Of a DNA stretch of 64,000 nt, positions 1-10,115 are shown piece after piece. Where the stretch lies: positions 129,889 through 193,888 of the forward strand of contig CATOTG010000011.1 of assembly GCA_951813015.1 (NCBI GenBank), given 5' to 3'. The DNA comes from an uncultured Thermoanaerobaculia bacterium. GTDB taxonomy: Bacteria; Acidobacteriota; Thermoanaerobaculia; Multivoradales; Multivoraceae. The position numbers and the translations under genes are program-made. Within the stretch, counting starts at the first letter, position 1. Every line of letters begins with the position of its first letter. Below the pieces are notes generated by a model. It ran no database searches and was not told where the DNA came from. It worked only from the letters and a program-made list of their open reading frames with translations.

Positions 1-1005
1 CTACCGGCGGTCGCCCATCACGAGGCCGCCCAGACCTCCGAGCACCGAGCCCTCGCCCTTGCTCTTGCCGCCGCCCTGGGCCGCGGCCGCGAACACCCGA
101 CTCGCCAGGCGGCTGAACGGGAGCGACTGGATCCACACCTTGCCTGGTCCGGTCAGGCTGGCGAAGAACAGCCCCTCGCCGCCGAACAGCGCAGTCTTGA
201 CCCCGCTGACCATCTGAATGTCGTAGTCGATCTGGTTCTCGAAAGCCACCAGACAGCCGGTATCCAGCCGCAGCGTCTCGCCGGCCGCCAGATCCCGTTC
301 GACGACCGTGCCGCCGGCATGGACGAAGGCGAGCCCATCTCCCTCCAGCTTCTGCAGGATGAACCCCTCGCCGCCGAACAGCCCGGCGCCCAGCTTGCGC
401 TGGAACGCGATACCGACCGACACGCCCTTGGCGGCGCACAGGAACGCGTCCTTCTGGCAGAGGATCCGGTTGTGGTGAGAAGAGAGATCGAGCGGGATGA
501 TGCGGCCCGGGTAGGGAGACGCAAAGGCCACGTTGCGGCGACCCCCGCCGCTGTTTCCGAACACGGTCATGAACAGCGACTCGCCCGTCAGCACCCGCTT
601 GCCGGCGGAGAGCAGCTTGTCCATGAAGCCGCCACCCCCACGTTCGGAGCCGTCGCCGAAGATCGTGTTCATCTCGATGCCGGGATCCATGTACATGAAC
701 GAGCCGGCCTCCGCGACGCAGGCCTCGCCGGGATCGAGGGTGATCTCGACGAACTGCATCTCCTCGCCCACGATCACGTAGTCGATCTCGTCCGCCACGC
801 CCCCGGGCGGCCGCGGGATCGAACTCCCGAAGGCGGAAGCGAACCGGGGCTCGCTGACCACGGGGGCCCAGTTGCCCAGGCCTTCCCGATACACGTGCGC
901 GCTGCGGGATACGGCGCCGGCACGGATCTTCTCCGCGATCTCGTCGGCCAGAAACGGCCCCTCCTGCTTGCCGGAGGTGGCCAGGTACCAGATACGGTCG
1001 CTCAT
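1..1005 (-). CDS. TIGR00266/AIM24 family protein with N-terminal GYF_2-like domain
   Basis: Begins [18 protein letters not shown] (GYF_2-like WY..GP..WxP pattern), followed by an AIM24-type core ([44 protein letters not shown]). Start trimmed to ATG 1005; stop at 1-3. Confidence 0.85.
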   Translation of the reverse strand: MSDRIWYLATSGKQEGPFLADEIAEKIRAGAVSRSAHVYREGLGNWAPVVSEPRFASAFGSSIPRPPGGVADEIDYVIVGEEMQFVEITLDPGEACVAEAGSFMYMDPGIEMNTIFGDGSERGGGGFMDKLLSAGKRVLTGESLFMTVFGNSGGGRRNVAFASPYPGRIIPLDLSSHHNRILCQKDAFLCAAKGVSVGIAFQRKLGAGLFGGEGFILQKLEGDGLAFVHAGGTVVERDLAAGETLRLDTGCLVAFENQIDYDIQMVSGVKTALFGGEGLFFASLTGPGKVWIQSLPFSRLASRVFAAAAQGGGKSKGEGSVLGGLGGLVMGDRR

Positions 1006-1052
1006 TCGTTTCAACTCCGTGGTGGGCGGCGCCCGGGTTCGCGGATGACCGC

Positions 1053-1886
1053 CTATCGTGGGGCGTCGGGATCGTAGCCCACGATCCGTACCTCGAACAC
1101 CCACGGCCAGTACTTCCCGGTCAGCAGGAACGTTCCCGGGCCGGGCCGGTAGGCGATGCCGTTCAGGACATCGGCCGCAGCCGCCTCTTCCTCCGTCAAC
1201 AGACCCGAGGCGTCGACGATGGCGGTCACCGTGCCAGTGGTCAGTTCGATCACGGCGATCTCGTCGCTGCCATAGAGGTTCGCGAAGAGGAGGTCACCGA
1301 CCAGCTCCAGCTCGTTCAGATCGGGGAGCGGCATGCCCTGGTTCGTCACCCGCAGCCGCCGGTGAACGTCAAGCGTAAGCGGATCACGGAAAGTCAGGAC
1401 CGGCGTGCCGTCACTCATGATCAGGTCGGAACCGTCGTACGCCAGGCCCCAGCCCTCCCCCTCGTACCGAACACGCCGCCGCTGCCGCAGCGGGTCGAGC
1501 GACCAGACCAGAGCCTCGCCCCGCCGCCAGGTGAGTTGAACCAACCGCTCCTCGACACCCGGCAGGATGGCGATGCCCTCTCCGAACAGTCGCCGGTCCA
1601 GGTCCACCCGCGCCAGTTGCTCGCCGTCGCTCCAGCGCCACGCCCGCATGCTGGAAGAGCCGTACGACCCGGTGCTCTCATAGACCACTCCCTCACGCCA
1701 GAGCAGACCCTGCGTGTAGGCCTCGAGATCGTGCGGACGCCGGTCCAGGACTTCGACGCGCCACAGCTCGGGCGGCCGCGAAGGCTGCGCGCCGGTCCCC
1801 TCCGGCATCGAACTGCCGGACCCGGCAGGCGAACACCCAACCGCCCAGGAGAAGCTCAGGGCCAGAGCCAGACAGCCATCCCGCAT
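1053..1886 (-). CDS. glutaminyl-peptide cyclotransferase (type I), probable lipoprotein
   Basis: Motifs PHD..AYTQGL, ESTGSYG, FGEGI, QLTW, GEGWGL, MSDG, LNELE, VLNGIAY, TGKYWP; signal peptide ending WAVGC. Start chosen at ATG 1886. Confidence 0.88.
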   Translation of the reverse strand: MRDGCLALALSFSWAVGCSPAGSGSSMPEGTGAQPSRPPELWRVEVLDRRPHDLEAYTQGLLWREGVVYESTGSYGSSSMRAWRWSDGEQLARVDLDRRLFGEGIAILPGVEERLVQLTWRRGEALVWSLDPLRQRRRVRYEGEGWGLAYDGSDLIMSDGTPVLTFRDPLTLDVHRRLRVTNQGMPLPDLNELELVGDLLFANLYGSDEIAVIELTTGTVTAIVDASGLLTEEEAAAADVLNGIAYRPGPGTFLLTGKYWPWVFEVRIVGYDPDAPR

Positions 1887-2022
1887 CCGGGCCACGCTAG
1901 CAGTCGCGGCTGCCTCCTTGGCCCTTAGCCCTTGACCGTTCCTCGTGCCGGCAAACGTGCTGTGCGCGGATGCCACGTCGCGACCGCCTCCTGCGCCCCG
2001 CCCTTGACCGTTCCGCCACGGG

Positions 2023-3630
2023 TTGGAAGAGTGGCGCCCCGTGCACGCGTCCTTCCTTCGCAGGATCTCCCTGCTCGCCGTCGGCGCTCTGCTCGCGGCC
2101 GCCTGGTTCGCCTTCGCGCAGCCGGCCGCCGACACCTCGCTGACAAGTCCTCGGGAGACGATGCGCGTCTTCCTTGAAGCGTTCGCGACGGAAGGCGGCC
2201 GGCCGGATCTGGATGCCGCCGCGTCCTGCCTCGACCTCGGCGACCTTCCCTTCCCCGTCCGCGCGCGCCAGGGCCGGAACCTGGCGAACGAACTGAAGCA
2301 CGTGATCGACCGACTGGAGCTCGTGGAGTTCGACGCCATTCCGGACGACAGCGAGCTGGAACAGTGGGTGTTCAGCGACGAACTCTCGGCGCCCATCGTC
2401 CTGGCCCCCGACAGCGACGGCCGCTGGCTGTTCGATCGGTCGACCGTCGCCGCGATCACCGCCCTTTACCAGGAAACAAGCGAGCGTACGGTGGTCGAAG
2501 GCGTCGAGGAAGCACCGGTCACCGCGGCGCTCTGGCTCCGGGACCGAGTGCCCGAGTCGTTGCGCAGCGGCGGCTTCCTTCTCTACCCCTGGCAGTGGCT
2601 GGCGCTGCCGATCCTCCTCCTGCTCGGCCTCCTCATCGACCGGATCGTCGTCTGGATCTCTTACGGATTGCTCGCGAAGCCCCTGAGCGGACGCTACGAC
2701 AACCTTGACCTGCCGGGCGCCCGCCGCATTCTTCGCCCCACCGGACTGCTGGGCATGGCGGCCGCGTGGTGGCTCGGAATCCAGTGGCTCGGCCTGCCCC
2801 CGCAGGTCGACGTCTGGCTCGATACGACCCTCCTCGTTCTCCTGCTGCTGGCGCTGGGCCGGGCCGCCTTCGCCCAGATCGACCTCCTGGGGACGGCGCT
2901 GCGAGCCCGCGCCGCCAGGAGTGAGAACCGGTTCCAGGACCAGTTGGTTCCGTTCGTCACGAAGACCCTGAAGCTGGCTGTCGGCGTCTTCGGCGCCGTC
3001 TTTCTGATCGCCCGCCTGGGCGGGGATGTCACCGCGCTGCTCGCCGGCCTGGGCCTGAGCGGATTGGCGGTGGCGCTCGCGGCACAGGACCTGCTGAAGA
3101 ACCTCTTCGGTTCGATCACGGTGCTGCTGGACCGCCCCTTCCGGGTCGGCGACTGGATCAAGATCGGCGACGTGGAGGGTGTGGTCGAAGAGGTCGGCTT
3201 CCGGAGTACCAGGGTCCGCACCTTCTACGCCTCCCTGATCACCCTGCCCAACGCCCGCCTGATCGACGCCTCGGTCGACAACTACGGCGCCCGACAGTTC
3301 CGCCGCTGGAGCACCCGCATCGAGGTCACGTACGACACGCCGCCGGCCAGCGTCGATGCGTTCTGCGAAGGCATCCGGCAGCTCGTGCGCGACAACGAGT
3401 CGATGCGGAAGGACGCGTTCGAGATCCACCTGAACGAGTTCGGTCCCCACGCGCTCGAGATCATGGTCTACGTCTTCTTTCTCGCGCCGGACTGGAGCAC
3501 CGAGTTGCGCCTCCGCCACAGCCTGGCGCTGGACATTCTGCGCCTCGCCGACCGTCTGGGTGTCCGGATCGCCTTCCCCACGCAGACGATTCAGTTGGAA
3601 CCATCGTCCGGCGAGACGCCGGAAGCCTGA
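2023..3630 (+). CDS. MscS family mechanosensitive ion channel with periplasmic N-terminal domain
   Basis: SPRETM N-terminal motif, TM segments, LAGLGLSGLAVALAAQD, DRPFRVGDWIKIG, GFRSTRVRTF, IAFPTQ. Start may be GTG 2041. Confidence 0.88.
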   Translation: MEEWRPVHASFLRRISLLAVGALLAAAWFAFAQPAADTSLTSPRETMRVFLEAFATEGGRPDLDAAASCLDLGDLPFPVRARQGRNLANELKHVIDRLELVEFDAIPDDSELEQWVFSDELSAPIVLAPDSDGRWLFDRSTVAAITALYQETSERTVVEGVEEAPVTAALWLRDRVPESLRSGGFLLYPWQWLALPILLLLGLLIDRIVVWISYGLLAKPLSGRYDNLDLPGARRILRPTGLLGMAAAWWLGIQWLGLPPQVDVWLDTTLLVLLLLALGRAAFAQIDLLGTALRARAARSENRFQDQLVPFVTKTLKLAVGVFGAVFLIARLGGDVTALLAGLGLSGLAVALAAQDLLKNLFGSITVLLDRPFRVGDWIKIGDVEGVVEEVGFRSTRVRTFYASLITLPNARLIDASVDNYGARQFRRWSTRIEVTYDTPPASVDAFCEGIRQLVRDNESMRKDAFEIHLNEFGPHALEIMVYVFFLAPDWSTELRLRHSLALDILRLADRLGVRIAFPTQTIQLEPSSGETPEA

Positions 3631-6600
3631 CCGGCCGGCAGGACGATCCGTACGGACAGTCCCCCACCCGGCCTCCTGGAGGCTGCAATCGTGCCGCCGT
3701 GTTCCTCCACGATGCGCCGCGCGATCGGGAGGCCCAAACCCGTGCCGCCACTCGAAGTCGAAAAGTAGGGCTCGAAAATGCGTTCCAGGTCGGGATCCGG
3801 GACGCCCGGCCCCCTGTCGTCGACGGTCACGGCCAGGGCGCCGTCGTCGCCGACCGGCGCCACGGCGACACGGACCTCGCCGCCCCCCTCGCTCGCGCCG
3901 AGGGCGTTCTCCAGCAGGTTGCGGACGGCTCGCTGCACCAGGCGCCGGTCGAAGGCTGTCGGCGCCGCCCCCTCGTCCGATTCCGACTGGAACACGACGT
4001 CGACACCGTCCGGGGGCGGACGCCGGTAGCCGTCGACGACTTCCAGGACCGCGGCCGCCAGGTTCCCCGGCGCCGGCTGGGCCAGCGGAATCCTGCTGTA
4101 GGTCGAAAACTCACTCGCCGTGCGGGCCAGTTCGTCGACCTGCACGAGGATGTTGTCCGTGCAGCGCTCGAAGACTTCCTCCAGCCGCTCCGGGGCATCC
4201 CGCCACACCTGCCGCAGATGCTCGGTCGAGAGGCGAATCGGGGTCAGAGGGTTCTTCACTTCGTGGGCGATCAGCCGCGCCATCTCGGCCCAGGCCTCGA
4301 GTCGTTGCGCCTCCTCTTCCCGGGCCCGGTTCGAAGCGATGCGGGCCGCCATGCCGTCAATCGCGGCGCCCAGCGTCTTGAGTTCCGTCTCCTGCGGCTC
4401 GAAGCCGAGCGAGGATGCGCCGCCGGCAATTCGGCCTGCGCCATCGATCATTTGCATCAGCGGCCTGGTGAAGCCCCGGGCGAGACGGGCGCCGACGGTG
4501 ACGAGCAACAGGACCAGGGCCATCGTGATGACCAAGGCCTGCCGCCTCAGGGCGGCGAGTTCCCGGGTGGCCGCTTCCTGCTGCGCCAGCAGCGGTACCG
4601 ACACGAAGAGTCCCGATTCCCCCGGGCGCTCTTCTCCCAGGGAGACGGGCGTGTACAACTCCAGGTAGGAGGCGCCCCGACCGGCGGTCTGGACGCGGGC
4701 GGCTGTCGGGTGCCCCAACAGGGCCAGTCTGCTGTAGACGTTGCCGGGAATGCGCTTGGGCATCAGCCCGGCGGTAAAGAGGTCCGGCTTGCTCGACGCG
4801 TAGACGCTGCCTCGCCAGTACAGGTTCACTTCGTGCCCCACGACCTCGGCGAGCCAGGCCAGGAGTTCGTCGTCCAGTTGGGCGTCCATCGAGAACCCCG
4901 ACTCCAGGCCGAGGAGAAAGTCCGTCAGGACGTACTCGAGCGACACCAGGGCAGTGCGACCGGCCACTTCCTGCTCCGCCTGGATCCGGGCCCCCAGGTT
5001 GCGGAAGAGCAACACGTTGAGCAGCGTCAGCGGCACGATCGCAATCAGGGCCAGCACGGCCGTGAGCCGAACCGAGTAGCGACGGACGTCGGGCAGAAGG
5101 GTCTCCCGCAACGTCGCCGCCGGCAGGCTGATCACGAGAACCGCGAGGGCCGCCGCGGAACCAGCCAGCACGAGCCGCGCAGCGACCGTGGCGATCCGCC
5201 ACAGGCTCTCCGCCACGGACTGCTCGGGCAGCAGCGCGACAACCCATAGCCCTTCGAGGCCGGTGGGCCTGAACCAGGCCAGGGCGGGTCCCGCCGGTGT
5301 CTCCACCCGGCGGGTCCGACTCGGATCCACGGCTTCGGAGGGCGCCGGCAACAGCCAGTCCTCCTGCCACCGCGATACGAGCGGTCGGCCTGCACCGTCG
5401 ACCCAGGCGAGGAGCGCCTGCGCCGGCGGACTGGCGCCGCTCCGGCCCGGGCCACCCCGGAGCAGACGCAACTCGAGTTCGGCGCCAGCTCCCGAGCCGA
5501 CGCCGCCCCAGACGTCGAGGCGCGGGAACGCTTCCGTCCAGAAGCGAACCGAGCCCCAGCCCTGTCCCGCGGAAGTAACCGTGACCTCATCCGACGCGCT
5601 GCGCCGCTGCTGCCAGACTGGCAGCTCGCTTCGCGGCCAACGGGCGCTGTCGACCGCCAGGTCCCCGGTCGCGGTCTCGACCGGCAGGCCGTACGAGAAG
5701 GTCGACGAAACCCCGTCCTCCCGAATCACGACGAGGGCCGAGAACAGCTCGGAAACGGCGAGAGGCGACCGGCGCCAGAGCTCCAGCGCCAGGTCCTGGT
5801 GATCGTCGAGTTCGTTCGGGTCGCCGAGAGCCAGTTCCCTCAGGTCGCTCGATGCGAGGAAGGAACGCGTCGCCTCGGCCAGCGATGCGACGTCCTCGGG
5901 CGCGGGAGCGTCGAGACCGCCTCGAGCGCTCTCCAGGAGCAGCGCACGGACCGCGGGCCGATGAGTGATCTCGGCAAGCAGGCCCACGCCCAGGGCCGCC
6001 GCGGTGGCGATCAGCAGAAGATGCATCCAGTCCCGGCCATCCCGCCAACCGGTGACCCACAGCGCGGTTCCGGCGAGCAGGACCCAGGCCGCCAGCAGGA
6101 CCGCCCAGTGACCGATCGGCCCTCCGAACGAACCTCCGGGATCGACCGGCGCCCCCGCCGCGTCCGCAGCCCCGATCTGCCAGCGATAGAGGCCGTAGCC
6201 CACTGCCGACGCGACTCCCGCCAGGCCGACGGCCGCCGCGGCGCGCCCGGGCCGCTTCCGGGTACCACCGCTCCAACGGCGAAAGACCCAGGCCAGCGAC
6301 AGACCAGCCCCCAGGCTGACGGCCGCCAGCGCGAGCCAGCCCGCTAGTCCTCGTTGCCGCTGCGACGCCGGTTCGAATCGGAGCCTCAGCCACGGCGCCG
6401 GAACGCCCTCCGGGGGAGCGAGTTCCCGAATCCCGATTGCCTCCAGGGCCGGCGCCATGGGCTCCGCCGAGTAGTCCCGAACGGACCACCGGACACCGTA
6501 ACGCCGCAGTCCGAACGGCGTCGGGATCGGCAACGCGTCGGTCGGAAAGCTGTTGCCGACGACCAGTCTCCATCCGCCCTCGCCCGTGCTCATGTCGACG

Positions 6601-7049
6601 GCCGCGTAGAGCGAGACTGCGGTGAAGCCGGCCGTCTGGTTGACGCCGCCGGGAAGCAGGCGATCGAGAGGCAGATCGTGCCTCAGCCCTGAGCCGCCCC
6701 AGGCCTGCGCCAGGCCGTCAGGATCAACCAGCACGAGAGTGCGGTCGCCCTCGTGACTTGCCCGATCCAGCTCCTCGAAGACCCTTTGCCTGGACAATGC
6801 CGATTCGAGCGGGAGCGTCCCGGTCCGGCGGACGCCGTCGGCCGCCCGTTCAGCGCCCGCGAGCAGATCCAGGAGCAGATCCTGGTACCCAGCCTCCATC
6901 GCGGCCATCTGCCGTTGACTCGGAAGCGGTGATCCGTCGGCCCGCGGCCAACGCTCGACCGCCAGCAGAATCGCGGCCAGAACGAACAGGCCGACGATCA
7001 CGCGAAGCTCGACCGTCCCCCGGCCGCGCTCCGCCCCGGCGGTCGTCAT
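3591..7049 (-). CDS. multi-TM HAMP-domain sensor histidine kinase (NtrY-like)
   Basis: AWAEMARLIAHEVKNPLTPI H-box, NLLENA N-box, DRGPGV, IFEPYFST, GGTGLGL; HAMP segment and many hydrophobic stretches. Confidence 0.88.
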   Translation of the reverse strand: MTTAGAERGRGTVELRVIVGLFVLAAILLAVERWPRADGSPLPSQRQMAAMEAGYQDLLLDLLAGAERAADGVRRTGTLPLESALSRQRVFEELDRASHEGDRTLVLVDPDGLAQAWGGSGLRHDLPLDRLLPGGVNQTAGFTAVSLYAAVDMSTGEGGWRLVVGNSFPTDALPIPTPFGLRRYGVRWSVRDYSAEPMAPALEAIGIRELAPPEGVPAPWLRLRFEPASQRQRGLAGWLALAAVSLGAGLSLAWVFRRWSGGTRKRPGRAAAAVGLAGVASAVGYGLYRWQIGAADAAGAPVDPGGSFGGPIGHWAVLLAAWVLLAGTALWVTGWRDGRDWMHLLLIATAAALGVGLLAEITHRPAVRALLLESARGGLDAPAPEDVASLAEATRSFLASSDLRELALGDPNELDDHQDLALELWRRSPLAVSELFSALVVIREDGVSSTFSYGLPVETATGDLAVDSARWPRSELPVWQQRRSASDEVTVTSAGQGWGSVRFWTEAFPRLDVWGGVGSGAGAELELRLLRGGPGRSGASPPAQALLAWVDGAGRPLVSRWQEDWLLPAPSEAVDPSRTRRVETPAGPALAWFRPTGLEGLWVVALLPEQSVAESLWRIATVAARLVLAGSAAALAVLVISLPAATLRETLLPDVRRYSVRLTAVLALIAIVPLTLLNVLLFRNLGARIQAEQEVAGRTALVSLEYVLTDFLLGLESGFSMDAQLDDELLAWLAEVVGHEVNLYWRGSVYASSKPDLFTAGLMPKRIPGNVYSRLALLGHPTAARVQTAGRGASYLELYTPVSLGEERPGESGLFVSVPLLAQQEAATRELAALRRQALVITMALVLLLVTVGARLARGFTRPLMQMIDGAGRIAGGASSLGFEPQETELKTLGAAIDGMAARIASNRAREEEAQRLEAWAEMARLIAHEVKNPLTPIRLSTEHLRQVWRDAPERLEEVFERCTDNILVQVDELARTASEFSTYSRIPLAQPAPGNLAAAVLEVVDGYRRPPPDGVDVVFQSESDEGAAPTAFDRRLVQRAVRNLLENALGASEGGGEVRVAVAPVGDDGALAVTVDDRGPGVPDPDLERIFEPYFSTSSGGTGLGLPIARRIVEEHGGTIAASRRPGGGLSVRIVLPAGQASGVSPDDGSN

Positions 7050-7720
7050 CGTTCAGCCGCTGCAACCGCCGCGCGGACCGACGCGAGAATCCGGGCCGCG
7101 ATCTGATCGGCCGCTCCGGTCGAGGTGTCGATCGTCTCGTAGCTCGCATCGTGCCGCAACGGCGAGGCGCTGCGCTGGCGGTCGCGCTCGTCCCGGGCCT
7201 GAATCTGCCGCCTCAGGCGCTCGCGGTCGTCGGCATCCGGGCCGCCCAGCTGCCGCAGGCGCCGTTCGGTCCGGACTTCAAGCGGCGCGTCAAGATAGAA
7301 CTTGTACCTCGTGCGAGGAAACACGACCGTGCCGATATCGCGACCCTCGACCACCGCGCCCTTTCTGGCCGCGAACTCCCGCTGCCTCGCCACCAGCCAG
7401 GAACGCACCCGGGGGTGAACCGCGACCCGGGAGGTCGCCGCGTCGACTTGGGGGGTGCGAAGCGACGCTCCGGGAGCGAAGCCGTCGACAACCACGTCCG
7501 CTTCAGCCTCCCGAATGCGCAACTCGAACCTGATCCTGCCGATCAACTCCTCCATGGCCGACTCGTCGGCCGGATCCAGACCGTCCTCCAACGCCTTCCA
7601 CGCGACGGCCCGGTACATGGCGCCCGTGTCGAGATAGGGAACGCCAAGTTCCGCCGCAACCCTGCGGGCCACGGTGCTCTTTCCGACACCGGCCGGGCCG
7701 TCGATGGCGATGACCGTCAC
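7046..7720 (-). CDS. cmk: cytidylate kinase
   Basis: IAIDGPAGVGKST, YLDTGAMYRA, VVEGRDIGTVVFP; GTG at 7720 overlaps the upstream stop (GTGA). Confidence 0.93.
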   Translation of the reverse strand: MTVIAIDGPAGVGKSTVARRVAAELGVPYLDTGAMYRAVAWKALEDGLDPADESAMEELIGRIRFELRIREAEADVVVDGFAPGASLRTPQVDAATSRVAVHPRVRSWLVARQREFAARKGAVVEGRDIGTVVFPRTRYKFYLDAPLEVRTERRLRQLGGPDADDRERLRRQIQARDERDRQRSASPLRHDASYETIDTSTGAADQIAARILASVRAAVAAAER

Positions 7721-8529
7721 CGGCGCCGCGGTCCCCGCCGCCGGCCACTGGAACGCGGTCGCGAGCCCGGCCCCGAACCGGCCCGCAGGGTCGCCACCTC
7801 GCCCGACGAGAGTTCGCGCCAGCTCCCGGGCCGCAACCCGCCATCCTCGAGACGGCCGATCGCGACTCGTCGCAGTCGCTGCACCGGGTGCCCGACCCGG
7901 AAGAACATCTCCCTGATCTGTCTGGTCTTGCCTTCGCGCAGCTCCATCGACCACCAGCTCGACGACCGCGCGGTCCTGCCGCCCCTGCGGGTTCGCACCG
8001 GACGCGGCGTCACCGGCCTGGTTCGCCGACCGCCGATGAACATGCCCCGTCCGAGTCGCTCGAGCGCCGCCTTGCCGGGGAAGCCCCGCACCTTGACGAG
8101 ATAACGCTTGGAGCAGCCGAAGCGGGGATGGGTCAGCCGGTTCGCGAGATCGCCGTCGTCGGTGAAGAGCAGCAGGCCCTCGGTGCGGTAGTCCAGTCGC
8201 CCCACGGGCTTGAGCCGTCCGCGCCATCTCTCGGGGAGAAGGTCCATCACCGTGGGCCGCCCTTCCGGGTCACTGCGGGTCGTCACGTGGCCGGCCGGCT
8301 TGTTGAGCAGAAGGTAGAGCGCCGCGGCAGTCTGCACGATCGGCTCGCCGTCGACGCACACCGTCGCCGTTGCCCTTCCCCGCTGCTCGACGCGGTCGCC
8401 CAGCACCGCGGTCCGATCGCCGATCGTGACCCGTCCGGCCCGGATCAACTCCTCGGACCCGCGCCGCGAGGCGATGCCGGCCCGGGAGAGGATCTTCTGC
8501 AGCCGCTCTCCTCGGGGCTCCTCAGCCAT
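7717..8529 (-). CDS. rluB: S4-domain rRNA pseudouridine synthase (RluB/RsuA family)
   Basis: ERLQKILSRAGIASRR, NKPAG, PVGRLDYRTEGLLLFT, EGKTRQIR; directly downstream of scpB. Confidence 0.85.
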   Translation of the reverse strand: MAEEPRGERLQKILSRAGIASRRGSEELIRAGRVTIGDRTAVLGDRVEQRGRATATVCVDGEPIVQTAAALYLLLNKPAGHVTTRSDPEGRPTVMDLLPERWRGRLKPVGRLDYRTEGLLLFTDDGDLANRLTHPRFGCSKRYLVKVRGFPGKAALERLGRGMFIGGRRTRPVTPRPVRTRRGGRTARSSSWWSMELREGKTRQIREMFFRVGHPVQRLRRVAIGRLEDGGLRPGSWRELSSGEVATLRAGSGPGSRPRSSGRRRGPRRR

Positions 8530-9139
8530 CGTCCGGTTCCACCGGCGCCAGGGCGATCGCGGCCTGGGTCGGTTCCTCCTCGGCCGCGGCCAGGAACGTC
8601 TCCTCGAACTCCTCGAGCGGCGGCAGCTCCGACAGCGAACGCAGACCGAAGTGCAACAGAAAGTCGCGCGTCGTGGCGTACAGAAACGGACTCCCGACCA
8701 CCTCCTTGCGGCCGGAGATGCGGATCAACCGGCGCTCGAGGAGGGTCTTCAACACGCCCGAGGAATTCCTGCCCCGCAGCTCCTGGATCTCCGGACTCGT
8801 GACCGGCTGTCGGTACGCCACGATCGCCAGGGTTTCGACCGCCGCGGTCGACAACCTGCTGCGGCCCGCCACCTCGAAGAACCGGCGAAGGTAGGGATGA
8901 AGGTCGGACCGGGTCACCAGGCGGTAACCGCCGCCGGCCCGGTCCAGGACGATGCCGCGGTCCGGCGATCCGCCCGTATCGTCTGGCCGGTAGCGGTCGA
9001 GAACCGCCTGAAGCGCCTCCATCGCGCGTTCCCGATCCTGTTCGGGGAACACCTCCAGGAGCTTCTCCTCCGGCTGAGGGTCGGGGCTGGCAAAGAGCAG
9101 CGCCTCGAACACCGCCTCCATCTCGGCCGCGTCGGTCAT
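8522..9139 (-). CDS. scpB: SMC-Scp complex subunit ScpB
   Basis: EALLFAS, LSTAAVETLAIVAYRQPVT, YATTRDFLLHFGLRSLSELP. Confidence 0.93.
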   Translation of the reverse strand: MTDAAEMEAVFEALLFASPDPQPEEKLLEVFPEQDRERAMEALQAVLDRYRPDDTGGSPDRGIVLDRAGGGYRLVTRSDLHPYLRRFFEVAGRSRLSTAAVETLAIVAYRQPVTSPEIQELRGRNSSGVLKTLLERRLIRISGRKEVVGSPFLYATTRDFLLHFGLRSLSELPPLEEFEETFLAAAEEEPTQAAIALAPVEPDDG

Positions 9140-9939
9140 CCGGCCAGATCCTCAAGCAAGATCGGATCCAGCGCGCGCGTCGTGCGGAACAGGAACACCG
9201 AGCCGCCGTCCGATGCGTGGAGGCGAACCAGATTGAGACGGGCCATCTCCAGCACGGCCAGGAAACACGCGATCGCTTCCGCCCGGCTCGACAGGGCGAA
9301 CAGATCGTCCTTCAGGTCGAGCGACCGGCCACCCTCGAAGCGGCCGAGGAGGCGCTCGACCTGGTCCCGGACGCCGAACGTCTCGCCCTGGTAGATCAAC
9401 GGACCGGGGTGCTCCTCGTCGTAGCGGGTGAGCACTCCCCGCAACACCTGGAGCAGGTCGAACAGCGAAAGATCGCCCAGGTCGAACTCCTCGTCCCCGT
9501 CATCTCCCAACGTTTCCGTGGCGCCGCGGATCCACAGCCCGTGGCGCAGGTCGTCGACCTCGGCCAGCGTCTGGGCGGCCTCCTTGAGCCGCTGGAACTC
9601 CAGCAGCCGTTCGATCAGTTCACGGCGCGGATCTTCCGGCTCCTCGCCGGGCGCGGGCTCGGGCTGCGGCAGCAACACCCTGGCCTTGAGTTGAATCAGG
9701 AGGGCCGCCTCGTAGATGTACTCGGCGGCGATGTCGAGGTCGAGACCGTCCATCAGGCCGAGGTACTCATGGAACTGATCGCAGATTGTGGCGACCGGGA
9801 TATCCGTGATCTCGATCTCGTTGATTCGGACCAGGTGAAGCAACAGATCGAGTGGACCCTCGAACTGCGGCAACTCGACCCGCCAGGAGGCCGGCAGCAG
9901 ACTGGTTGCCGCCCGGGCGCTGGCCGGTCCTGTACTCAT
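9136..9939 (-). CDS. scpA: segregation/condensation protein ScpA
   Basis: FEGPLDLLLHLVR, LIQLKARVLLP, EDPRRELIERLLEF, FLAVLEM. Start taken at ATG 9939 (uncertain). Confidence 0.9.
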   Translation of the reverse strand: MSTGPASARAATSLLPASWRVELPQFEGPLDLLLHLVRINEIEITDIPVATICDQFHEYLGLMDGLDLDIAAEYIYEAALLIQLKARVLLPQPEPAPGEEPEDPRRELIERLLEFQRLKEAAQTLAEVDDLRHGLWIRGATETLGDDGDEEFDLGDLSLFDLLQVLRGVLTRYDEEHPGPLIYQGETFGVRDQVERLLGRFEGGRSLDLKDDLFALSSRAEAIACFLAVLEMARLNLVRLHASDGGSVFLFRTTRALDPILLEDLAG

Positions 9940-10115
9940 CTGCGCGGATTCTTCCACACCGGCGACACCGATCCGGCGATTCCCTCCAGCGCCCCCCAGG
10001 ACCATTCCTTTAGTCCTGCGCTCCACTCCGGGCGCGGGCGGGAGGCATTCATTCCCGAGAATCGAGAGCCGTGCCGGCGCCGAGTGCCGATACCGGAGTG
10101 GTTTCCTCACATCGG

